Of a stretch of DNA of 64,000 nucleotides, positions 49,681 to 62,659 are shown piece by piece (position 1 is the first letter of the stretch; each line of letters begins with the position of its first letter). The notes below the pieces were generated by a model. That model did not search any database and was not told the DNA's origin. It saw nothing but the letters and a program-made list of their open reading frames with translations. Origin of the DNA: Paraphysomonas bandaiensis (Eukaryota > Protista > Chrysophyceae); the NCBI GenBank assembly GCA_965644295.1, contig CBFFRP010000126.1:1-64000 (forward strand). Reading direction: 5' to 3'. The position numbers were made by a program, and so were the translations under genes.

Positions 49681-50810
49681 CAGGGCTGCGTATCAATTAA
49701 TTGACGCATGTCAATTATAATTGCAATTATTACTTGCCGTCTCTATTTCAATTATTGCAATATTAATTGAAATTATTTAGTACTAAACTACACTAACTGC
49801 CAATATAATTACCTCAACTGTCAAATCATTTTTTAAGAGGCGACGAGTAGCTCTTAAAAGTTGAGGAGTCAAGCTCCTGCACAAGCCCGTCATAACAATC
49901 GTAGCTCTACTGAACAACCTTTCAACCTCAAGTCGTTGTGGCGTGCAAGTGTTTCATGATGCGATAACAAGTTTGCTGATTAAGACGTGCTCGCTTCCGT
50001 TGCCTTCTACCATCAATCAAACGTTGGGCTGCGTCGTCATTCGGAAATATACTCGCACCGTCATAATCTTCTTCCTCATCGAGCAAAACTATTTTAATTT
50101 GATCTTCTTCCGTCCGAATTACGGCTTCGTTGCCACATTGAATCTTCACGACTGCCTTTTTGAAAGCAGCGTTATGAACAATAGCAGCACTGTTGCCCAG
50201 ATGACGCTCAACAATCGGGTGCCTTATGATGAGTTCGTCAAACAATGTACAAACGTCGTGGATGTCAAGCTGGTGTTAACCTTCTGTAATATTGTAAGGA
50301 CACTAGTTGAAACGATTCCTATTCCTTCCGTATTGCACGAGCTTGGCATGCTTCTTTTCACTTGACATTAGACTTAACACGTCGGAACCAAACTCGAATG
50401 AGTGCATATGATTAGATAGAAGTAAGTAGCAGTCAATCATGGCTATTGTGGAGCCCCTTTTCCTACAGGACAAATCTCTATTTTGCAGCCTCTTCGTTAT
50501 TATCATTTACTTTCTCAAATAAAACTCGTGCAATGACTTCTGGTGCCAGTTTGTCCCTCATATCGCTAATTAAGTTAAATGAATTACTATGTGAGATGTG
50601 AGATAATCCTATGGATATTATCTTTCACAAATCGAATCGTAAAAATTGGACTTTTCAATAAAAATGCCTTTTAACAACTTTTTAGCATAAAAAGGTGTTT
50701 TTCTATGAATTAATTGCAATTAATTGAAGCGAGATGAAGTCAATTATAATTGCGATTTTGATTTGTTGTCCCAATTTCAATAATTGACAATTAATTGATA
50801 CGCAATCCTA
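49681..50810 (-). mobile_element. Non-autonomous hAT DNA transposon with transposase remnant
   Basis: TIRs cagggctgcgtatcaattaattg / caattaattgatacgcaatccta and a perfect 8-bp TSD TTACATAG. Broken minus-strand frames include FKKAVVKIQ and the hAT dimerisation motif T...VERLFSRA. Confidence 0.92.
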
Positions 50811-51263
50811 TTACATAGTCGTACACAAGCAACTGAATTTACTTCCTGTGTAACTATATTTGCCCGTCACAACTATATACTGGTTTCACCTCTTGTACAC
50901 TATAAGCTCACTCAATTGCACAATATATATGGTATCATATATCATACTGAGTACAGTAGAACTTTTAATCATTACGAACATTTTCGTAAAATAATTACAG
51001 CTACTATAACTACACTTTATAATGTAATATATGCATTATTTACTTTTAGCTATTGCCAATGCTATTGATCAAACGAAAGTTTTATAATCGAATTTTGCAA
51101 ACTGTTCTTGTGGATGACGCGCGAAGTGCTACTGACATAGACCTAATACTGTACTGAGAGCGTGAGATATGACTAAAATGTGAATAGAGTCACCAAAGGT
51201 TTAATTACGTAAAATCATGAAATATTGCTACTTTTCTTACAAGACAAGACTCAACGAACTTGC

Positions 51264-51529
51264 CTACATTCCGCCAACTATAATGTTGTTGATTGGAATA
51301 TGAACAAGCTTCACAAAGAACCCAATGAATCCCATCATAACGAAACCAATTCCGGTTGCTTTGGCAATTTTTGCGAACTCTGTTGAGTGAATTATTATTG
51401 TGTCATTGAGATTATTCAGTTTTCATCCATACCTTTCCTGTCAGGCTTAGTGCACTTCTTAACGAGGTAAATAGAGTCCTTCACGAACTTCTTCAAAGGA
51501 TCAATGATAAGGGAATTGACGTCAGACAT
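51264..51529 (-). CDS. SEC61G: Protein translocon subunit Sec61 gamma (one intron; absent from the ORF track)
   Basis: [32 protein letters not shown]|[38 protein letters not shown]. Confidence 0.97.
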
Positions 51530-52292
51530 TGTAGAGATATACTAACAGACTATCAAGGTGTGGATATGATATATATGACGGTGAGGTAAATATAGAAAAG
51601 AGAGTATGAATCATATGCCTGTATATAGTACCGTACGTTCATGAGCTATAATATATGTGCCAAATCTGTAGTCCCGTTATGTATGCGAAATTTGATGCAA
51701 CTTTTTTTTTGCCAATGTGTGGTGAACGGTGAAGGATGACTATATTCACAGGATGATCAGTTGCTGTGTGTGATTGTTTTTTGATATGAGCAATATCTTT
51801 CAGCGAAATCTATATGATACCTACTCATTCAACGCTATGGAGGCCTTCATGTGAAAGGAATATCACAATGACTCGATTATGATGCCTCAGCTGTCATGGT
51901 AAAGTAAAGTAGCCTTCTTGATGAAACAATGAAACGATCTATATATCTAATGCACCGTTAAGTGTTAAACGTCCCTCGACAAAATACAGAATTTTTTGAG
52001 TTCCGGTACAAAAAAGGGAACAAAATAGTCGCACTTTGTTTTTTTGTGTTGATGCACTGTATTTGAGATGCTCCATGTTGATCTGTCGTTTCACATACAT
52101 TAAATTATCGAAGTGAAGAGATTGATTAAGATGATAATTCAGACTCAGAGAAGTTTATTCTCTTCTACGACACTTCACATACTCGAATACTATTAATATC
52201 TAGATATTAGTGTAGTGTTACGACTATTCTATGCCTGTGTATTTCTGTTAGTATTATAATTGCAACTCTTCTTCTAGACTATCTTTAGTTCC

Positions 52293-55200
52293 ATGGCAAC
52301 GGATGCAAAGGTTTCCCCACAGGTGACTTCATCGAAGGCTCCCGCCCCTTCTCCGCTACAAAGACGCATGTCATTCGCAAAGGGATCGAAGAGTTTCGAT
52401 TCCTCATCATTCGCTCATTTAATTGAGAAAACAGCCAGTAATGACCCAGAGAAAACCCCAATGATGGAAGTGATACGACTTAAAGTAAAGAAGTGGCTCG
52501 CAGCTTCATTTTTTGGTCGAATTTATGTATATATTCTTCTGATTTTAAGTGTCCTATCCTGTGCGCAATATATTTATCAAACTTACTTAAACGAAAACGA
52601 TCCTCAGGATAAGGTTCGTTTTTTCTGCTGGATTCTATGTAGTGTGGTGGTTATGGGGTTTATTGCAGGAGCTGCTGAATATTTTTGCACTTCTTGAGCT
52701 CTTTCTTGCTGCGCTTTTCGCGTTTGATTGGTGCCTGCATCTGTTTCTGGCGGACCACAGATGGGATCACTTCTTCAGGTGTAAAAAATAACGCATGGTG
52801 GATCCTTCGCAAGAGTAAATGTTTTCGTTATGTAGTTTTTTTGCCATGGTGGACTTTACCACTGTGATCCCCATCTGGTTAACTTATTACGTATTCACGA
52901 ACCCCGTTGAATACCACGATATTCATAATGTAGACGACGCGATTAATTACGCCCTCCGTGGTGCATATACATTGCGGATTCTACGAGCATTGCGTGTTCA
53001 TCGACTACTAGTTCATATTGAGGATGAGGTTGAGCGTTTTCTTAGCCAAATGCTTCTCTCTGTGGTGACCATGATTTTGTTTGGTATGTGTCTATATTAT
53101 TTAGTGTTGCGTATTTCTCATCGTTTTGTAGATTCGGCCATCATGCAGTATCTCGAGAAACAGCAACATGATGAAAAGTTCCACACGTGGATGTATTTTT
53201 TGGTGGTATCCATATCCACTGTTGGCTACGGTTAGTTTTACCCAATGTGATTTTGCTCGTTTCATTCCCGCGCAGGTGATATTTCACCTGGTAGTACCCT
53301 TGGACGATTCATGGCCATGTTCTTCATTTGCTTCGCTATCATCTTTGTACCAAAACAAACCAACGAGCTTATAGAAAAGATGAACCAGTCCTCAGTGTGG
53401 GCTCGCCACCACTACAAACCGCGGGGTAATACTAAGCATGTACTTATTTGTGGTGACCTGAGGTCAACCTCTCTATTGGAGTTCTTTAGCGAGCTCTTTC
53501 ACGAGGACCATGAGAATATGAACCTCAATGCTGTTATACTACAGCCTGAACCTCCTAGCAGTGATATGCATGCAGTGTTGCGCGACCCTATCTTCTCGAT
53601 TGTAACGCACTACTTAGAGGGAAGCCCACTCAATGACTCAGATCTCATGCGCGCGAAAGCTAATCAGGCCATTGCAATATTCCTCATGGGCAATAAGTTC
53701 AGTTCGAATCCTGACGAAGAAGATGCAAAGACAATCTTACAGCAGTTCAGTATCCGGCGTTTCATTACTTCCACGCAGTCATGCGACCCTCTTTTCTGTT
53801 TGCAGCTGATTCGTCCGGAGAACCGTCGGCATCTTGCGACCGAAGACCCCGACAGTGACAAAGAGCTCGTGGTGTGTCTGAATGAGATGAAGATGGGTGT
53901 TATTGCAAAAACATGCATGTTCCCGGGTACTGGCACTATGATCTTCAATCTTCTCACCTCATTCGCAGAGGATGATGATGATGATGATAACGATGCGGGA
54001 GATACAGATGGGCCGGGCAGTGATGAGGATTGCAGTGAGGACGACATGGATGACGGCGGGTCGTGGATGCAGGAGTACCAGCGCGGATGCGACTGGGAAA
54101 TTTATACAACAGAAATGGCTGAAGTTTTCGAAGGTGCACGCTTCTGTGTCCTTTCCCAAAACCTATACAGCAAGCTCGGTGTAGTACTTTTCGCCTTGAG
54201 AATTCGAGAACTCAAGGGCAAGGGGCATGTCCGCGTACTGTTGAACCCTGCTGACTACGTTATTCCGTCTAAAGATAAATATTTCGTTGAGGGATTTGTA
54301 ATCGCCAAGAATAAGGCATCGTCCGACCTCTCGTTTCAGGGTATTGCCAGCTCTGATATTCGATCGTCTCAGCTCTCTCTCATTGCCAATGCTATTACGA
54401 AGACAGCAGAGGCGGGGACAAGTGCTTTCAGACGCCAATCTATGGCAGTGGGTATGGGGGCGCGAGGCATGAAACATTCTGACACTTCCGGCGGGCCGGT
54501 AAAGCACACCAACGCTGGTTGGCAGACTATAATGAGCCAATATGAAAACCAGGATGTGAACCAGAATCAGCAAGAGGCTTTACAGAAGATTGAGGACGAA
54601 AATTTACGGAGGAACTATTTTGTTCGTGACGTTCCGAACGATTTGGCAGAGTCCATTGTTAAGACATCTGTACTTGAGGAATACCCGTACATGAACGGAC
54701 ATATGATTGTGATTGCGAAGGGACTTAGTAACCTATACGACTTTATTCGCCCCCTCAGAGCCAAGTATCTAGGCAGACTGCGTCATATTGTACTGCTGTA
54801 CCCGTACGACATTCCACACAGTGTATGGAGGCGCATCTCCATATTTGAGGGCATCCTCGTCGTGCGTGGGTCGCCACTTGAAGAGTCAGATATTCGTCGT
54901 GCAGGGATATTCAGAGCTCAACAGGTTGTAGTATTGGCCGATCCAAACTCAGATAATGGAAATCAAGGTATAGACGCACTTGTGGATGCAGATGCAATAT
55001 TTACCTACCATTGCGTGCGCCGACTGAATGAGAAGGCTCAGATAATGATAGAGATTGTGCGTCATCAGAACGTAGGCTATTTGGACCCATCAATGAGTGT
55101 CAACACACACGATGCTGATTACAAGTTTACGCCACAGTTTGCAGCCGGAACCCTATTCACATCCAGTATGCTCGACTCTATCGTCTGTCAGGCCTTCTAC

Positions 55201-55999
55201 AATCCACAGATTATTCGAGTTTTGGACAAACTCATCAGCGGAACAGACTGTGTAGAGGACCAGAAGAATAGAAACCCTCTACTTGCCAATAAACGTCCTA
55301 AGGTAGGTATACAGGCCGTGACTGGTAGTGCGCTGTACCAGATTCCTATCCCCGATAACCTTGAGAGCAAGACATATGGTTCACTCTTCAAGCATCTATG
55401 TAAAGATGGGATATTGCCTTTAGGACTCCTAAGAGGAGTTTTCACTAATATGTCGATGGGTGCAAAATCGAACAAGATGAGCTATGTCTTCACTAACCCG
55501 TCAAAGGACACGGAGCTCTTTACGTGCGACAGGGTTTTTGTGCTCTCTCAAAAGGTTTTGACATCATCGAAGAGTACAGCAAGAGTGAGTAATAAGTTAA
55601 TTTGTTTAGCTGTGATAGACTGATTTTTTGTGTCACCAGGAAGTACTAGAGAGTTTTATGCAGGCCACTGCTGGACAGACACAGGGCGGACGCAGGCGCA
55701 CTGTTGATGACAGTTCTGGGGTGGATGTGCTAAAGGAGGAGTTCCAAGATATATCTAACGCCCAGCGGACTCTTGAGCGGGCGATGACTTCGCTAACGTT
55801 AGATATGAGCAAGAAGTTTGATGATATGTTGGAGTTAGTAAAGTCAATCAAGCGTACAAACGATGGAGTAGATGGGGCTGTCATTAACCGCTCCAATTCC
55901 AGACGCCGTATGTCGCAGTTAGGGTCAGATAGATCAAATAATCAAGGGTCGCCTAATAAAGTGGTTTCGAAGAGTAGAACAGGACCAGTGGACATATAA
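52293..55999 (+). CDS. BK/Slo-family potassium channel (6TM + two RCK domains)
   Basis: S4 LRILRALRVHR; pore MYFLVVSISTVGYG|D; RCK1 KHVLICG...FFSELFHEDH...YLEGSPLN..DLMRAK; RCK2 GSPLEESDIRRAGI...FAAGTLF..SMLDS...FYNP. Confidence 0.93.
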
Positions 56000-56467
56000 T
56001 CATTGTGATTATGTTGTGTGTGACTTTTTTTCTGTTGAGATGCCATGCTAGCCCAGTACATCAATGTGTGTAGTTTTGTCTTTATAATTGCCAGGTATTG
56101 TTATGGAAGTAGAGCTTCACGGCCGTTTTCATTTAAAATTTGTAGTCATTTGATATTGATAATAACTTGAAATGCCATTGTTTTTTTATCTAAGTTTGTG
56201 CTTGAATCTATTCTACGCTTATTTATGGAAAAATATTTTTTGCGTATATTATATATTCAAATTATAAGCCGCCCGTAGTGACCACATGAAATGAGTAACC
56301 TCAGTTGAGCTGGTCGTTCATTCTCTGGACTACAACATTGTCAAGATATGACACAAATGGATGATTTACTAAGTTAACTGGACGTGTATTCACTCATGAA
56401 TCAAGTTAAGATAAGAGAAGAAGATTATAATAAATATAATAAGCGATATATCGCGTTATCTCTGCTA

Positions 56468-56858
56468 CCGGGATATATTATTCAACCTAGTCAATTTGGT
56501 GGAATTTCCTAGTCATTCCATTTTCGGTGTAAAAACCTAGTCAAAGCCATAAATGACTCAACCTAGCCAAATATAGTATTAAACCTAGTCGTTCTTATAT
56601 CCATTGATTACACATTGTGACTGTCTAAGATACGCGCACACACCACACAACATATTGATGGCTCGGAGAGCATCACAATGCTCCCACGTTTGACTAGGTG
56701 AATACCCTATTCCACCTAGTCAACCTAGTCATTGTAAAGTTAAAAATCTAATTATTTAATGACTAGGTTTTTCGACCTTTTGACTAGGTTTTTACTCCAA
56801 TTTTGGTGTGACTAGGAAATTCCACCAAATTGACTAGGTCGAAAAATAGATCCCACTG
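56468..56858. mobile_element. TA-flanked MITE (Tc1/mariner-type ends) with multiple internal CCTAGTC motifs
   Basis: acctagtcaatttggtggaatttcctagtca is mirrored by tgactaggaaattccaccaaattgactaggt. The element ends in cactg|TA. Confidence 0.8.
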
Positions 56859-56924
56859 TATTCTTCGACTAACGGTCATAATTCCAACACCTTAGAATTA
56901 CAGCTTTTAATTGCTCAAACAGCA

Positions 56925-58000
56925 AAACTCAACACTCCCTCTCAATTCAAAGCTGTACATTGAATTGTCAAACCACGAGACATAACTGACAGATACGCAA
57001 CCACCAAGACCTCATGAGCTGTACATTGAATCTTCACATCGCAAGACATAACTGACGGATACGCAACCACCGAAACTATATAGGACAAACAGGTGGACGT
57101 ATGGCTCCGACGTTTCAGCTAGCCTCACCATAGACAACACATCTGTATGATCTTCTGTCTCTGATCATACGTATGATTTCTGATCCTCCTCAGATCAATC
57201 ACACCACAATATTCAACGCACTAAGCTACGTGTGCTCTGGCTGTCAGGAAGAATGGAGTGAGTTCGTACAATCGAAGTCCCAGTTCGACCAACACCCCCC
57301 GAAGCCACACCAGTTCTTGCATGCCAGCAGTCATAGCCTGATACTTACACACTGGAACGAAACAACGCAATTAACGAACTTCGCATATAATATGCCTTGG
57401 TCTCTCTACAATTAGACATATATATTATGTTAGTTATTAGATACAGTCACTGTCATCACACAGATTGACAATCTCCTCATCATAAAGGTTTACCTCACCC
57501 AGGGTGGACACACTAGTCAACACCCGTACGCTTACCACACAAGTCCCTCTAGACTCAGCAGGTACAGTACCACTGATCTCACTAGACACAAAAGGTACAG
57601 TCTCACAGACACGATTCGCACTGATCTCACTAGACTTAGTATACACAGTATAACTAGGCAAAGTACGAAGGGACATTCTCTTCCCTGGAATCTCATCCGC
57701 CGTATAGACTTATTGGGCGCACCACCCGAAGCCGGCGTGTAGATGAAGATCCACCCCTTTTTTTATCACAAAAACGAGGTGTTTATAGTACAGCCGTCTC
57801 ACTAGATACAGCACCCGCACTACTCTCTGGCAAAGTACGAAGGGACATTCTCTTCCCTGGAATCTCATCCGCCGTATAGACTTATTGGGTGTTCCCCACG
57901 AAGCCGGCGTAGATGAAGATCCACCTCTCTTGTCGTCACAAGAACGAGGTTTTTACTACAGCCGGCGGTTATACACGTCTATATCGACTATACGATGGCC
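56925..58000 (-). pseudogene. Degenerate copia relic (RNase H remnant, PPT/LTR junction, internal duplications)
   Basis: The minus strand at ~57200-57345 reads YQAMTAGMQELVWLRGVLVELGLRL..TPFF, paralleling YQCIYSGLQEVLWVRGVTGEIKLRL..TPFF of the young element. ttgagagggag|tgttgag occurs at ~56928-56945. Confidence 0.8.
57657..57965. repeat. ~172-bp-period direct duplication within the copia relic
   Basis: ggcaaagtacgaagggacattctcttccctggaatctcatccgccgtatagacttattggg occurs at 57657 and 57829. Confidence 0.9.
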
Positions 58001-58240
58001 GAACTCTGCAACAGCTCGAACCAGTGGGTCACTCTTGACAACAACCGCCTCAAGCTAAACTAAACATCGTATAACTATATAAGTGCCAGAAATAATCCAT
58101 ACACTACTGCTATGTCATGAATATGTATACTGATGAGCCAATTTGATTTACCAAGCCGTGTCATATGATGGTTATATGATTTGAGGGACGAGGGACCACA
58201 CCCCTCGTTGGTGATAAATAATTAGCAGAATCTGAATATA

Positions 58241-60152
58241 TTACATATTAGGGCTAATAAAAGAACAAAAACTCAAAATAGCTTGCGCCATATCTCTAGT
58301 TTCTTGGCTATATCCACACAATATCAACTGCTCTATCATGTCCACAAAGTTTTCGTCGTGTGCAGTATTCTTCATTGCAGATGAAATTCGACTAGGCACT
58401 GAGTCTCCAATTTTGCTATATACATCAAAAACACGAAGAGTAGAACTTAATACAGCATGTAGGAGGTTCATATCAAGAGTTCTAAGTAGGTTACTAATAA
58501 CTGCAGGGTAGACCTGTGGAGTAATGCTATTAATTCACGTCATTTTATTGATTAAGCTGACCTCACACGTAACGTCCAGGGTAGAACCTGGTGAGGACTT
58601 CATTAGCAACTTACAAAGACATAACCCAGCTGCACTGGTCACTTCGAAATGGTTACATTGCATCGTCCTCACAAGAAGGGTGTGCAATCTTTTATGCACA
58701 AGTTCGTCACTATGATAGGGAAGGGTTTTAGTGCATGTGACACAGCAAATATCTGACTCACCATTCAGATTCATCCAAAGACTTAGACAGCATCGTACTC
58801 AAGGCAGTGCAAATATCAACTTTGACCTACGCAAGTGAAAAAAGGAGCATAACGTGTGACCACAGATGCACAGCTCATAAAGCTTACCGCAATCTCTAAC
58901 CATTCCTCACTCGATTTCCCGACGGTACTATCGCCCAGTTCCATCAATACAGCATCTATGGCACCGTATTTTTTGCGGAGAACGATAGTTCGGTAAAGCG
59001 GCTCTTCTGATTTGACTATCGCACAGAAAACTGAAACTGCTGCCCAACGCACTGCAGTAATAGAGCATAAATCGTGCAACCTAACCATGACGCCCTTCTC
59101 CAGTACGAAAGGCAGCAACTGATCTCTACATTTACATACCGTAGAAAGAGCATAACAGAGGGAGACCAACACGCTTTCATCCTACGTACAGTCAAACCGC
59201 CATATATATCAGCCATAATGAATATAGAGTAATGAATATGATCTATACCGGTGACTGCAGTAGCTCGGCGACTATTATTATGACTGACTCCAGAACGCTG
59301 TCATGCGGCAAGGGAGCATCTCTCACAATGTTCGAGCATATTCTAGCAATTTGCTGCATAGATAAAAGAGATGGTTGTATATTGGTCTGTGAACCAATAC
59401 ATAAAGTTGCCAGTAGATGGTCCACCAAACCACATGACAAGAGCAGATCTCGAGTGATTTCTGAATGACCTGACAAGTTGCCAATGGCCCACAGACACTG
59501 TTCCCTCAAGAGGTTACTAGCATGGCCAAGAAGAGCTGTAAGACGCTGGAGTGCCCCATGTTTCACTAGGCAATGAATGTGATGTGGTTCTCCACATGCA
59601 ATATTAGTAACAGCCCATGCAATTTTGAATTGTACATCTTCAATGCCACAGTCTAAAAGTTCTACTAGCCGTGGCACTACGCCAGACTCAACAACTGTAT
59701 CAACATGAGGACAATTTACTGCATTTCAAATATCAGAGTGAAAATGACAACACCCTCGGAACTAACCGATGGAAAGAATACTCTGAAAATAAGACGCAGC
59801 TTTTACTATACTGGCAGAGTCGTCGGTATGTAGAAGCGACACCATCTCACGAATACCCTCCGTACACAACTGTAGACCGCACGACTCATCAATAAAATGA
59901 TACTAATATTACATAACTAGCCCAAACCTTTGATCGAGGTGTCTGGGAAGACGTCTCTTGAGAGCTGTCCTACACACATTTCCATAAGTAACCTACTGGC
60001 CCTCTGTAGGGCATAAATATTACCAGCTTTCGAAGTAAACTCGCTCTCATTCCCCGTCGATTCTTCTGCCATTTAAAATACTTCTCTTCTCGCTCTCTTC
60101 TCGATGAGTTGTTATCTAATCCCACAGTTTTGGTTGGTTTCCGCTGTAACAT
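58241..60152 (-). CDS. Divergent importin-alpha-like ARM protein (multi-exon)
   Basis: IBB-like N-terminus (SRREREEK...KNRR...LLRK), VPRLVELL...QFKIAWAVTNIACG and LREQCLWAIGNLSG. Confidence 0.8.
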
Positions 60153-60554
60153 AACAAACTACATCATGATGTATACACTAAATCTATCTATAATAGGCCT
60201 TACCCCGATAGGAGGAGAGGGGAAACTATCCATCTCGTTAGATTGACTGAACTTATACGAACCTATTTACTCTCATGTATGTGTTAGTTAATAACACGCA
60301 TATGCAGACCTACAGCATGACCTCAAAGCAAGTACAACTACTCTTAACGGCTACATCCCCCCGTCCGTGCCCCATTACGGTGATCTTTCAAGTCCAACTT
60401 AAATAAACTGAAAAAATAGTATCTTCAAAAGTCATCATGTGTTAGTGGTTCATATGATGATATATATACATTACCATTCTGTTCGTGTATATTATCTGAC
60501 CGATTGAGGAGGTAAATAAATATAAGTTTACGATCAATCAAAGAGATCATCAAC

Positions 60555-61066
60555 ATGTCTCGCGTCTCAGATTCATTAATTTGGCAGGTTGTTAAAAATA
60601 ACAACAGCTTTCTGCACAAACGTGAGCAGACTGCTCGCTCAGGAGCTGTTCAGTTCTCTGCTGAGTCTGGAAATCTCATGAATGTTAACTCATTCAAGTA
60701 TTCTGGTTTGGCGAACTCTAAAACTGTTGATATTTCTTCCGATGAAGCTAATAGAGTTTACCTGAAGACTAAGGTTAGCTATAGTTATATATAAGTTACT
60801 ATGTAATTGTTACTGGATTTATTATAAAGGCTCCTCGCAAGAGCAACGCTCCTCGCAAGAATGTTGCCACTACCCCGCTCAGAAAGGATCGCACCAGATC
60901 CGAGAAGGTAGTTAAGTCACGTGGATGCAGCAGCTTTTACCGCTCGGATTTATCTGCTGCGGCTAAGATCAAGTACAATAAGACCCTCCGCGACGCAAGG
61001 GTGCGTGCAGGTATCGTCAAGGCTGCTCGTAGCAAGATTGGTCCCCGCAACAACCGCACCGCTTAA
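60555..61066 (+). CDS. RPL28: 60S ribosomal protein L28 (eL28), one intron
   Basis: SDSLIWQVVKNNNSFLHK...FSAESGNLMNVNSFKYSGLANSKTVDI...YRSDLSAAA. Confidence 0.96.
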
Positions 61067-61671
61067 GTAATGGTTGTCTGTTGGAATGATTTCTTAATAA
61101 TCGATTGGTCGCCTACTTCTTATTGTGGTACCTCTGCTTTTCTATGTATTTTAACGTCATAGAGTACCAGTTATCGATTGTATCACCACTAGATGCAGCA
61201 AATTTGGGCAATGCAACTATAGAATTGTGTATATCGAAACTTATACCCTAGAATAAGTGCAGACATTCTACTCATAAATAAGTTAGTGGAGCTACGTGAC
61301 AGTTAGTATCAGCTGTCACAGATAAAAGTATCGCATGGACTAGTTATGCTATCAATAATGATGCTTCGTTTAAAATCTGGTGCAACTCTTGGCACTTTCT
61401 GTATAGCTTTGCACAAAGCCCGTCACACTATCTAATCGAGATTATATGCCCATATCACCACCAACAATGTTGTCTTCCCCGTTTAGTTTAAAATATCATT
61501 TTTACCCGAATTGGGTCAACAGAGCGAACGCTCTTTTAGACATTCAACTTCAATATTCGGTTAGAAGAGAAAATCACTTCTATCTTAATTATAATATGAC
61601 ACAATTATAGAGAAATTAAAATGATGAGCCCACTATCCACTATCAAACGAAAATCATCAATCATCAAACAG

Positions 61672-61890
61672 ATGCCCTTTCCCGGAGGTGGGCCCATTCC
61701 CGGATGCCTGTTTATTCGTCAAGGCTCAAAGACATCTACACAAGTGACACTAATTAGTGTCCCTTGTACAACACAAGCATTAGGCTATGAGTGGGCAGAA
61801 CAATATCTGCTGGCTACATATTACAAATGAGGCTCACGTTCGTTTCCCGGAGAAATATCTCCGGTACTTAACACTTATCCCCCAGAACCA
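61672..61890 (-). mobile_element. Retroposon copy E (partial, 5' half)
   Basis: Reverse complement: gttctggggataag...aagtaccggagatatttctccgggaaacgaacgtgagcc...cagcagatattgttctgcccactcatagcc...gacgaataaacaggcatccgggaatgggcccacctc. Confidence 0.8.
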
Positions 61891-62659
61891 GAACACCTAT
61901 TTCTTCTTACAGCAAGCAAGCTACAATAGCTATACATTCTAGATATTTGGATTTTACATTATGAGGATACGCTATAATTTAACCGTAATACGTACAGTAT
62001 TAAGAAAAATAACAAGGATTATTAAATAGCTATGTCGCCCTTGTTTCTAAATTTTGAGCGCGAGGTGACACTCCAAGACTACTCGACCCTCCAGATTGCG
62101 CAAATATATCACTGACAGGTATTTGCTTAATAAAAAAATCTCTGGAATGCTTTCATCGTTAGTACGAATAGTCATATCACGCTTGATACTAATTGATGCA
62201 GCGTGAGCCATATCAACCCCCTCCGCACTTAGAGATACTCGCAGCTCACCAAATCGTGACTCGGTCTTGTAAACCATCTGGTTTAAAGAGTCATCTTCCA
62301 GGCCACTTCCCTAAGAGTTCAACACACTGAACTGTTCCAACTTAAGGTCAATTGATAGATTGATAGTGCGGTAGCATTCATAGCCGTGTAGCTGAGTACA
62401 GAAAGAAGAGTTCCCGAAAAGAGATCAAGGGCCGGACTATAGCCTCTTTATTGCTCATGGTTAAATATAACTATGCATCATAAAGCTGCTATTGCTGCAA
62501 TTAATTTTCGTCAGTAACATCAAATATTTACTTCACTTAACAACAATACGAAAACTCGTTGCTATAACGTTACATCATTCTCAATCGGACACAAATAAGA
62601 CAGCATAGTAATCAGACGTATGATCATTAATGACAATCACGTCAATCCGGCATCATACT

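Noticed and set aside
57657-57965. Duplicated structured RNA or ribozyme pair
   Set aside because: No hammerhead or HDV core could be threaded, and the repeat lies inside a decayed copia relic.
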